Both the position numbers and the translations under genes were made by a program. A DNA stretch of 64,000 nt, from positions 178,579-242,578 of the forward strand of contig CALVKQ010000001.1 of assembly GCA_944332815.1 (NCBI GenBank). Reading direction: 5' to 3'. Position 1 is the first letter of the stretch; every line of letters begins with the position of its first letter. Origin of the DNA: an uncultured Clostridia bacterium. Its GTDB lineage: Bacteria > Bacillota > Clostridia > Christensenellales > CAG-917. This document shows, in pieces, positions 49,947 to 58,085 of this stretch. The notes beneath the pieces are model-generated. The model saw nothing but the letters and a program-made list of their open reading frames with translations. It did not search any database and had not been told where the DNA came from.

Positions 49947-50660
49947 ATGGACAAATTCCGCGTCATCGAGATCAAAGAAAGCGTCTTTGCCGACAACAAC
50001 GCCGAAGCGGCGGAGCTGCGGCTTTCCCTTAAAAAGAAGGGGACGTTGCTCATCAATCTGATGTCTTCCCCGGGTTCGGGCAAGACCACATTGTTGAAAC
50101 GCACAATAGCGGACCTTAAAGACGAACTCAGCATCGCCGTGCTGGAAGCGGACATCGATTCCGACGTGGACGCGCGCGCCGTGGCGGAAGCCGGGGCGAA
50201 AGCCATCCAATTGCACACGGGCGGTATGTGCCATCTCACCGCCGGCATGACCCGTCAGGGCATAGAGGAAGTGGGACTGGATGGCATCGATCTCGCCGTT
50301 CTGGAAAACGTGGGCAACCTGGTCTGCCCTGCGGAATTCGACACGGGCGCCGCAAAAAACGTGATGATACTCAGCGTCCCCGAGGGGGATGACAAACCTT
50401 TGAAATATCCGCTCATGTTCTCGGTGTGCGACGTGCTGCTCATCAACAAGACGGATGTTCTGCCCTACTTCGATTTCGACGTGGACGCTTGCGTCGAAAG
50501 GGCGAAAAAACTCAACCCGTCCATAGAGATATTCACTCTGTCCGGCCGCACGGGCGAGGGGTTCTCCGCTTGGACGAACTGGCTGAAAGAGAGCGTCAAG
50601 GAATGGAAAACCGCCGAACGCGTGGGCGATAACGCCTTCGTCAGATACGGCAGAAAATAA
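49947..50660 (+). CDS. hypB: Hydrogenase/urease-type nickel incorporation GTPase HypB
   Basis: SSPGSGKTTLL (P-loop), GGMCHL (CH metal motif), ENVGNLVCPAEFD, NKTD. Confidence 0.9.
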   Translation: MDKFRVIEIKESVFADNNAEAAELRLSLKKKGTLLINLMSSPGSGKTTLLKRTIADLKDELSIAVLEADIDSDVDARAVAEAGAKAIQLHTGGMCHLTAGMTRQGIEEVGLDGIDLAVLENVGNLVCPAEFDTGAAKNVMILSVPEGDDKPLKYPLMFSVCDVLLINKTDVLPYFDFDVDACVERAKKLNPSIEIFTLSGRTGEGFSAWTNWLKESVKEWKTAERVGDNAFVRYGRK

Positions 50661-50675
50661 AATCGAGAGGGAAAT

Positions 50676-53387
50676 ATGGCAATCAGAAAGAAGATCGTGA
50701 AGCTGGCTAAGCTCGCAGGCGGCACCGCCGGTATGCTCAACAAGATCGACGAAAACGCGCCCGAGTACTACGCTCTGGCGTGCTGCGTCACAGATGAGGA
50801 AGCGGACGTCGCTCTGCTTTTGAAGTGGAGGACGCTCACCCCCGTTTCCGAATTGCAGGAAAAGGCGAAAGCCAAATACGGCTACTCCCCCGAAAAGACG
50901 CATAAGCTGCTGCTCGACCTCGCCTGGAAGGGCGTGCTGCGCGTCAACAAAGTGGGGAACGACGAGGATGCGTTCTTCATCCAGACCTTCGCGCCCGGCA
51001 TTTTGGAAATGATGGTCGGCAACAAGGAACTCGTCGAAAAGCATCCCGAGATCGCACGCGCTTTCGAGGAGTACACTCGCATCAGGATGGCGTCGCTCTC
51101 CCCCATGCTGCCGCAGGGCACCGGGCTCATGCGCGTCATCCCCATCGAACGCACCGTGGACGGCACGTCCAAGGTGGAAACGGTGGAAAGACTGAGTTAC
51201 TACATAGACAAGTACGACATCTATTCCGTCGCTCCCTGCTCCTGCCGCAGGACCCGTCGTATGATGGGCGAAGGCTGCGGTCACCTGGAACATGATATGT
51301 GCATCCAGATGGGCAAGGGCGCCGAGTACTTCATCCGCATGGGCAGAGCGCGTCAGATCACCAAAGAAGAAGTGTACGAGATCCTGCAAAAAGCGGAAGA
51401 GAACGGGCTGATGCACGAGATCCCCAACATCGACGGCACGGGCAATACGGTCGCCATCTGCAACTGCTGCCGCTGCTCCTGCTTCGGGCTGCGCGTCGCG
51501 AACCTCTTCGGCGGCTATCGCGTCGTATCCAGCAACTTCCAGTCCAAGGTGGACACAGAAAAGTGCGTCGCGTGCGGCGCCTGCGTGGAAACCTGTCCCA
51601 CCAACGCCCTGCGCCTCGGTCAGAAACTCTGCACCGTCACCCCCCTCAAACAGGAAGAGGAACGCAGAGTGGTGGACTCCGTGTGGCATAAAGAGGACTG
51701 GAACGTGGATTTCCGCACCAACGCAGAGGACGTCGTGCCCACCGGCACCGCGCCCTGCAAGACCAAGTGCCCGGCGCACATCGCCGTTCAGGGCTACATC
51801 AAACTCGCCGCACAGGGCAAGTATGACGAGGCTCTGCAAGTCATCAAAAAGGAAAATCCCCTGCCTGCCGTCTGCGGCAGGATATGCAATCACGCCTGCG
51901 AAGACGCTTGCACGCGCGGCCGTATAGACCAGCCCGTCGCGATAGACGAGATCAAGCGTTTCATCGCCGAGCGCGAACTCAAAAAGGAGAACCGTTTCAT
52001 CCCCAAGAAGATGCACGATTACTCCGACAAGAAGATCGCGGTGATAGGTTCCGGCCCCGCCGGTCTGTCCTGCGCGTACTACCTCTCCATCGACAACTAT
52101 TCCGTCACCGTGTTCGAGAAGGAAGACAAGCTGGGCGGTATGCTCACCCTCGGCATCCCCTCCTTCCGTCTGGAAAAGGATGTCGTGGAGGCAGAGATCG
52201 ACGTGCTGCGCGAAATGGGCGTGGAGTTCAAGACGGGCGTGGAAGTCGGCAAGGACGTCACGTTGGACGAACTGCGTAAGCAGGGCTACAAGGGCTTCTA
52301 CATCGCGATCGGCGCACAGGGCGGACGCGGCATAGGCGTGGAAGGCGAGGACGCGAAGGGCGTCATCCACGGCGTGGACTTCCTGCGCGACGTCAACTCC
52401 GGCAAAAAGACGGACGTCAGCGGCAAAGTCGTGGTCGTCGGCGGCGGTAACGTCGCGGTGGACGTGGCAAGGACCGCCATCCGCGAGAACACCGAGAGCG
52501 TCACGATGTACTGCCTCGAAAACGAAAAGGAAATGCCTGCGAGCCGCGAGGAAGTGGACGAGGCGTTGGAAGAAGGCGTCAAGCTCATGAACGGCTGGGG
52601 TCCCAAGCGCATCATCGTCAAGGACGGCAAGGTCGCCGGCGTGGAATTCAAGAAGTGCGTTTCCGTCTTCGAGAACGGCAAATTCGCACCCAAGTACGAC
52701 GAGAACGACACCATGACCGTGGACGCCGACTACGTGCTGCTCACCGTCGGTCAGTCCGTCGTGTGGGGCGATCTGCTCAAAGGCAGCAAGGTCGAACTCA
52801 ACCGCAACAACACCGCAAAGGCGGACGGCTTCACCTATCAGACGGCGGAACCGGACATCTTCGTGGGCGGCGACGTGTTCACGGGGCCCAAGTTCGCCAT
52901 CGACGCGATCGCGGCAGGCAAACAGGCTGCCATCTCCCTGCACCGTTTCGTGCAGCCCGGACAGAGCCTCGTCCTCGGCCGCGACAGACGCCACTTCATC
53001 GAACTGGACAAGGACAACATCGACGTCAAAGGCTTTGACAACACCCCCCGTCAGTCCTCCGGCATTGACAAGAGCAAGGAAAAGACTTTCCGCGACGCGC
53101 GTCTTGCCTTCACCGAAGAGCAGCTCAAAAAGGAAACCGAACGCTGCCTCGGCTGCGGCGCAACGATCGTGGATCAGTACAAGTGCGTGGGCTGCGGCCT
53201 TTGCGTCACCAGATGCCGCTTTGACGCCATCCATATGGAAAGACGCCCCGAGGAGTTCTACTCCGGCAAGCTGGAAACTCTGCCCTTCCGTGCGGTCGGC
53301 TATCAGATGAAGCGCATGGGCAAGATAACCGCAAAAGCCATAAAGGACGCCTTCGTCACCGACAAAACGGCAAAGTCCGACAAGTAA
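50676..53387 (+). CDS. Multidomain Fe-S flavoprotein: N-terminal Cys-rich domain + ferredoxin motif + GltD/NfnB-like FAD/NAD(P)H oxidoreductase + C-terminal [4Fe-4S] motifs
   Basis: 903 aa. CSCRRTRRMMGEGCGHLEHDMC, CNCCRCSC, CVACGACVETCP, GltD-like CKTKCPAHIAVQGYI...CGRICNHACEDAC, Rossmann KIAVIGSGPAGLSCAYYL and VVVVGGGNVAVDVAR, C-terminal CLGCGA...CVGCGLCVTRC. Confidence 0.8.
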   Translation: MAIRKKIVKLAKLAGGTAGMLNKIDENAPEYYALACCVTDEEADVALLLKWRTLTPVSELQEKAKAKYGYSPEKTHKLLLDLAWKGVLRVNKVGNDEDAFFIQTFAPGILEMMVGNKELVEKHPEIARAFEEYTRIRMASLSPMLPQGTGLMRVIPIERTVDGTSKVETVERLSYYIDKYDIYSVAPCSCRRTRRMMGEGCGHLEHDMCIQMGKGAEYFIRMGRARQITKEEVYEILQKAEENGLMHEIPNIDGTGNTVAICNCCRCSCFGLRVANLFGGYRVVSSNFQSKVDTEKCVACGACVETCPTNALRLGQKLCTVTPLKQEEERRVVDSVWHKEDWNVDFRTNAEDVVPTGTAPCKTKCPAHIAVQGYIKLAAQGKYDEALQVIKKENPLPAVCGRICNHACEDACTRGRIDQPVAIDEIKRFIAERELKKENRFIPKKMHDYSDKKIAVIGSGPAGLSCAYYLSIDNYSVTVFEKEDKLGGMLTLGIPSFRLEKDVVEAEIDVLREMGVEFKTGVEVGKDVTLDELRKQGYKGFYIAIGAQGGRGIGVEGEDAKGVIHGVDFLRDVNSGKKTDVSGKVVVVGGGNVAVDVARTAIRENTESVTMYCLENEKEMPASREEVDEALEEGVKLMNGWGPKRIIVKDGKVAGVEFKKCVSVFENGKFAPKYDENDTMTVDADYVLLTVGQSVVWGDLLKGSKVELNRNNTAKADGFTYQTAEPDIFVGGDVFTGPKFAIDAIAAGKQAAISLHRFVQPGQSLVLGRDRRHFIELDKDNIDVKGFDNTPRQSSGIDKSKEKTFRDARLAFTEEQLKKETERCLGCGATIVDQYKCVGCGLCVTRCRFDAIHMERRPEEFYSGKLETLPFRAVGYQMKRMGKITAKAIKDAFVTDKTAKSDK

Positions 53388-53437
53388 AAAGTAAGACCGT
53401 GGGCGGCGCGGCGCGCCGCCCCGAAATGAGGTAATGT

Positions 53438-53779
53438 ATGCACGAACTCGGGCTTTTGGCCGAAATCGTAGATAAGATAGAAGAGGTCGCCAAAGAAAAT
53501 AAGGTGACCGAGATAGAAACCCTGGTGCTGGATGTCGGGGAATATTCGGGCGTCGTCCCCGTCTATTTGGAGGAATGCTTCCCTGCCGTCATAGAAGGCA
53601 CTCTGCTTGAAAAAACCAAGCTGCAACTCAACATCATAAAGGGCAAAGCCTTCTGCCACGATTGCAAGAAAACCTTCATGATCGCAGGCAACGAGCAAAA
53701 CTGCCCCTATTGCAATTCCCAAAATTGCGAAGTCATCGAAGGCGGCGAATTCGTCATAAAAGAAATAGTCGCACGCTGA
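53438..53779 (+). CDS. hypA: Nickel metallochaperone HypA
   Basis: MHELGLLAEIVDKIEEVAKENKVTEI (MHE N-terminus) plus Zn site CHDCKKTF...CPYCNS. SD GAGG before ATG. Confidence 0.9.
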   Translation: MHELGLLAEIVDKIEEVAKENKVTEIETLVLDVGEYSGVVPVYLEECFPAVIEGTLLEKTKLQLNIIKGKAFCHDCKKTFMIAGNEQNCPYCNSQNCEVIEGGEFVIKEIVAR

Positions 53780-53794
53780 CCGCTCCCCCTCGAC

Positions 53795-53830
53795 AAAAAA
53801 CCGCCGTTTCTCCCGAAACGGCGGTTTTTA
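53795..53830. terminator. Bidirectional terminator between hypA and the convergent phosphatase gene
   Basis: AAAAAACCGCCGTTTCtcccGAAACGGCGGTTTTTA. Confidence 0.75.
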
Positions 53831-53921
53831 TTACCTATCCTATCATTTAATCCACCCTTTATGCCCATATCTCCCTTTTTTTACCAAGCGACATGCGTCC
53901 GACTGCGCCTATCGTAAGACG

Positions 53922-54413
53922 CTATGACTGCTCTTTCCCCTCTGCAAATTTCGTTTCGAGGGAGGCGGCGTATTTTTGGAGGTAGACCTTGATGATGCTC
54001 ATCACTTTGTCGTATTCCTCCTGGGATTTGTAGAGGAAGGGGTCGGGGATGGGGGTGTATTCGCCTTCCGCGGCTTCGGAAAGGGTCATAAATTTCTTGC
54101 GCTGACTTACGGGCGTCAGCCACTTATGCATCCTGGACATCCCGATGATGACGTCCGCATCACGGAATTTTTCGGGCTCGCACCATTTGAACGACGGTTT
54201 GAAAGAGGCTATCTCCTCATCCGAAAAACCCTCGCGCCTGAGGCTCACCACAGCTTTCGGGAATATGCTCCTGCTGCGGTTGAACACGGCGGAGGAACTC
54301 ACTTCCACTCCTGCGGCGGACAGCGTCGGGCTGTTTGCGACCAGACGACGGAACACGAACTCCGCAAAGGGGCTGCGGCAGACGTTACTGGAACAGACGA
54401 ACAATATCTTCAT
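53922..54413 (-). CDS. Low-molecular-weight protein phosphatase (LMW-PTP family)
   Basis: MKILFVCSSNVCRSPFAE (CX5R-S P-loop) and a downstream IPDPF acid motif. ATG forms an ATGA overlap with the upstream gene's stop. Confidence 0.85.
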   Translation of the reverse strand: MKILFVCSSNVCRSPFAEFVFRRLVANSPTLSAAGVEVSSSAVFNRSRSIFPKAVVSLRREGFSDEEIASFKPSFKWCEPEKFRDADVIIGMSRMHKWLTPVSQRKKFMTLSEAAEGEYTPIPDPFLYKSQEEYDKVMSIIKVYLQKYAASLETKFAEGKEQS

Positions 54414-55468
54414 AATACCTCCGCCGCCGGATCGGACGGCACAAAGATCTCCATATCGCTTTCGGGATAGGTGCAACAAGGGTGTATTATCCCGTTTTCC
54501 GCATCCTCTCGCGTTCTGCGGTCATGCGCCGCATCCACGGCGAACTCTCCTCTTTTCACAACGCTCCTGCAAAAACCGCACTCTCCCACCCTGCACTGCG
54601 AAAGCGCGGCGAGCCCTGCCCTCTCCGTCGCGGTCATGACCGTTTCCGAAGCGCGCATAGGGATGTCCAGCGTCCTGTCCGCCATATGCACGGTCAGAGT
54701 GAAAGTCCTGCCTTCGGCGTCCTCACGGTCCGTGACGGAATTTGCGGAGAATTTCATGTTCGCGACCATCCCGTCGCCCGACAATTCGCGCGCTATATGC
54801 CCGTAAAGCGCGTCCCCTCCGCAAGCGAACAGCGTGCTCTTTTCTTTTACGTACTTGTGCAACAATTCTTTGGTGAAAACGCCGCTTTCCGCCCAATCGG
54901 GCGCGTCGTGTTCGACGACGTATATCACCTGCACTTTATCGCCCTTCAAACCGTCCAGCACATCGCGGAAAAGAAACTCATATGCGTGCTGCACACAGAA
55001 GAACAGCGTCATGGAATAGGGTTCGCTGCCCTCCGCCGCCGCCTTTGCCATGGAGAGCATGGAGGTTATGCCCGCGCCCCCTGCGACGCCCACGATATGC
55101 GCGCAGTCGCGCTCCGCGTCGTAGACGAACCTGCCGTCGGGGCGGCTTATCTCCAACACATCCCCCTCCTTCACCTCGTCCACGAGATAGCCGGAGAGTA
55201 TGCCTGCCTTTTTGACGGTGGAGATGTACACCCCCTCCTCTGCCTCTTTCGGAGAGGAGGCGAGAGTGTAAGCGCGCGTGACGCGGCTTTCCCCCACCTT
55301 TGCGGTGATCGCGATATAATTGCCGGCGCGCTGGGGCGCGAGCGCCTTCGTCCTCTCCCCGTCCGCGCGGAACACGAAAGTTTTAAGCCCGGGAAAATGT
55401 TCCCGGACGCTCACTACTCTGACGAATTGTTTGCCCCCGTCCACGGGAGCCGCCGACGCACTCTTCAT
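54410..55468 (-). CDS. FNR-like FAD/NAD(P)-binding oxidoreductase with C-terminal plant-type [2Fe-2S] ferredoxin domain
   Basis: RAYTLASSP (RxYS FAD motif), GVAGGAGITSMLS (NAD fold), C-terminal CRVGECGFC...CC. Confidence 0.82.
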   Translation of the reverse strand: MKSASAAPVDGGKQFVRVVSVREHFPGLKTFVFRADGERTKALAPQRAGNYIAITAKVGESRVTRAYTLASSPKEAEEGVYISTVKKAGILSGYLVDEVKEGDVLEISRPDGRFVYDAERDCAHIVGVAGGAGITSMLSMAKAAAEGSEPYSMTLFFCVQHAYEFLFRDVLDGLKGDKVQVIYVVEHDAPDWAESGVFTKELLHKYVKEKSTLFACGGDALYGHIARELSGDGMVANMKFSANSVTDREDAEGRTFTLTVHMADRTLDIPMRASETVMTATERAGLAALSQCRVGECGFCRSVVKRGEFAVDAAHDRRTREDAENGIIHPCCTYPESDMEIFVPSDPAAEVL

Positions 55469-55477
55469 CCCGACCTC

Positions 55478-56554
55478 TCAATCCATTGCAAGGACTATCT
55501 TGTTATACAATATCTCGCTCCAAATATCGTACAAAAATATGAACGGCCACAGCACGAAGTTGAACAATCCCGTGATGAGCGTCCCGGGGCGCCATGACTC
55601 AAAATAGCGCATGATGCGCAAAAGCCAGGGCATTATGAAGCAAAACATCATCATCAAGATGACTTTCAGCAATTTGGGCAGTTGCTCGAAACGCTGCACG
55701 GGAGTGGTTTCATCGGGAAGTTCCGGAATGCTGACCGTGAACACGGAGCCCTTCCCCTTTTTGGAGCGCACCTTTATCTCTCCGCCGTGGCGGCGCGCTA
55801 TCTGCTGCGCGACGTAAAGCCCTAAGCCGGAATTTTTGGAATCCGTCCGCGAGGACTCCTCCATAAAAAATTTATCAAAGACGTAAGGCTGATTTTTCTT
55901 TTCTATCCCCTTGCCGTTATCCTTCACCCTGACGAGGAAAAACTTCCCGTTATGTCCGAAGGAAACGACTATCTTTCCCCCTTCCTCCGTGTACTTGACG
56001 GCATTGGAAACCAGGTTCTGGAACACGCGTTCCAGCTCCCTTCGGTCGGCATATATCTCCGCGGACGGGATGTGCCGCACCTTGTAAGTGATATTCTTGG
56101 ACTTGGCGAGCTGATCGTACTTTCCGAACACCGCGCCCAGGAAAGTGCGCGTGTCCACCTTCTCTTTGAGGGAGTCTATCTCGTCTATCTCGTGCTTGGA
56201 GGTTTCGACGAGTTTCAGGACGAGCCCGTTGAGCTGTTCCGTCTTTTCGGTGATGAGCGCGAGATAATCCTTGTCGTCCATCCCGTCCTGCAAACACTCC
56301 GCATACCCCGAAATGAGTGCGAGCGGCGTTTTGACGTCATGGGCGACGCTGGCGATGGCGAGCTTGTTCTGCTCTATGGCGCGCGCGTGCGCCACACGCT
56401 CTTCGAGCAGCGTGGCGCGCAGTTTTTCCAGCGCACGCAACGCCTTTCGCTGCGCGGCGGAACCGCGAGGTTCTATGGGCGTGGAAACGTCGCCGGCGTT
56501 CAACGCGTCGATGGCGACCTGCACATAATTTTTGCGTCCTCTCAATCCTGCCAT
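55478..56554 (-). CDS. Histidine kinase without N-terminal sensor domain, with C-terminal hydrophobic tail
   Basis: H-box SVAHDVKTPLALISGY (His72), N-box NLVSNAVKYT, G1 VKDNGKGI, G2 GLGLYVA. Last ~70 aa form two hydrophobic helices (LLKVILMMMFCFIMPWLLRIM; LITGLFNFVLWPFIFLY). Confidence 0.85.
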   Translation of the reverse strand: MAGLRGRKNYVQVAIDALNAGDVSTPIEPRGSAAQRKALRALEKLRATLLEERVAHARAIEQNKLAIASVAHDVKTPLALISGYAECLQDGMDDKDYLALITEKTEQLNGLVLKLVETSKHEIDEIDSLKEKVDTRTFLGAVFGKYDQLAKSKNITYKVRHIPSAEIYADRRELERVFQNLVSNAVKYTEEGGKIVVSFGHNGKFFLVRVKDNGKGIEKKNQPYVFDKFFMEESSRTDSKNSGLGLYVAQQIARRHGGEIKVRSKKGKGSVFTVSIPELPDETTPVQRFEQLPKLLKVILMMMFCFIMPWLLRIMRYFESWRPGTLITGLFNFVLWPFIFLYDIWSEILYNKIVLAMD

Positions 56555-57216
56555 TTGTAACCCAGCCCCCAGACGGTGACCACGTTTTCTATGCCGTATT
56601 TGGCGAGTTTTTCTCTGAGCCTCGCCACCGTGACGGCGACGGTGTTCTCGTCGATGTAGTCGTCATAACCCCACACCACGTCGATGAGTTTTTGTTTGCT
56701 GAATATCTGGTTCGCGTGTTTGGTGAGGTGGTCGAGCAGGTTGAACTCTTTCAGAGTGAGAGGCACGCTCTCGCCGTCCACCTTGACCTCGTGACGGGTG
56801 GAGGATATCTTCATCCTGCCGTACACTCTCTCGCTTTTCTCCTGGGTGTTCAGTTCATAGTAACGGCGCAGCTGTGCATTCACTCTGCCCACCATCTCTT
56901 TGAAGGAGAAGGGCTTGGTCATATAGTCGTCCGCGCCCAGCTCGAACATCCTGAGTTTCTCATCCTCACCCACTATCGCGGAAACCACGATGACGGGGAT
57001 GTTGTATTCTCTGCGGAGAGAACTGCACACTTCGTAGCCGTCCACGACGGGCATCATGATGTCCAGAAGCACGAGGTCGGGCTGCATACTGCGTGCGTAC
57101 TCCAACGCCTGCGCGCCGTTGAACGCCTGATAAACGGTGTGCCCTGCCTTGATGAGGTAGTTCCTCATCATATCGTTGAGTTCGGTGTTATCCTCTGCGA
57201 TAAGTATCTTCCTCAT
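56542..57216 (-). CDS. OmpR/PhoB-family response regulator
   Basis: MRKILIAEDN...DLVLLDIMMPVVDG receiver plus winged-helix C-terminus (LTLKEFNLLDHL...VWGLGYKW). 13-nt overlap with the kinase gene. Confidence 0.92.
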   Translation of the reverse strand: MRKILIAEDNTELNDMMRNYLIKAGHTVYQAFNGAQALEYARSMQPDLVLLDIMMPVVDGYEVCSSLRREYNIPVIVVSAIVGEDEKLRMFELGADDYMTKPFSFKEMVGRVNAQLRRYYELNTQEKSERVYGRMKISSTRHEVKVDGESVPLTLKEFNLLDHLTKHANQIFSKQKLIDVVWGYDDYIDENTVAVTVARLREKLAKYGIENVVTVWGLGYKWQD

Positions 57217-57226
57217 ACACTTCTCC

Positions 57227-58084
57227 TTAATGCAGCTCTATGCCGTGTTCACGGAAATATCTGACATACGCTCCGCGCCAATACGCGCAGACATCCTTTT
57301 TGGTGAGCCCCTCGCGCGGCTCGGCGAACTTGTAAGCGCCGTTCACCTTCCAGCCGTTGAGCACGCCTATGGATATAGCGTCCGCCGGGCAGTTGAAGGA
57401 GCACGCGGTGCACCCTATGCAATCCTTGCCGAACACGGGCAAACCGTCCTTCATCTCGATGTTGAGCATGGGACAGAGCTTTTCGCACCTGCCGCAGGAC
57501 ACGCACTTGTCCGCGTCCACCTTGAACAGCCTGCCGAGATAGGGCATCGCGCCGTGTTCCACCGCGACCACGAACCGCGTAAGTTTTGCAAACAGCCCTG
57601 CTTTCAGCTGCCTTTCTTTGCCCTCGAAGATAGCGTCCGCGTCGGAGGGAGCGGTGTTTTTTGCCGCCTGCCACATGAGCGCCGCCATATCGTCGGAATG
57701 ACGGAATATCATGTTGTAGGGCATGACGTAGTGGAACTCCCCTTTCTTGACGTACCCTTTCTTTTTCAGGATGCGGTCAAGGATGCGCGACGAGGCGTCG
57801 TTGAGGTGCAACGGCTCGCCGCTGGTCTTTATTATATAATAACCTTTGTTTTCACATTCTGGCAAGTCCTTTGCAAGATCCACCACATTTTGCGGCGCGT
57901 TGAACCCGTGGACGGGATAGCCCACCACCAACACGTCCGCAGAACGCACGTCAGGCGCCGCCATATCCTCGCGTATCCTCACCGTTTCGCACTCTGCGCC
58001 GCGCTCGCGCAGCCGTGCCGCGAACAAATCGCATACCTTACGCGTATTTCCGCTTGCGGACATCACCGTGAACAGCACTTTCAT
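57227..58084 (-). CDS. Flavodoxin-like domain fused to 2x[4Fe-4S] ferredoxin (EFR1-type ferredoxin)
   Basis: MKVLFTVMSASGNTRKV (flavodoxin-like N-terminus), CVSCGRCEKLCP and CIGCTACSFNCP. SD AGGAGG lies inside the end of the upstream gene. Confidence 0.8.
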   Translation of the reverse strand: MKVLFTVMSASGNTRKVCDLFAARLRERGAECETVRIREDMAAPDVRSADVLVVGYPVHGFNAPQNVVDLAKDLPECENKGYYIIKTSGEPLHLNDASSRILDRILKKKGYVKKGEFHYVMPYNMIFRHSDDMAALMWQAAKNTAPSDADAIFEGKERQLKAGLFAKLTRFVVAVEHGAMPYLGRLFKVDADKCVSCGRCEKLCPMLNIEMKDGLPVFGKDCIGCTACSFNCPADAISIGVLNGWKVNGAYKFAEPREGLTKKDVCAYWRGAYVRYFREHGIELH

Positions 58085-58085
58085 A

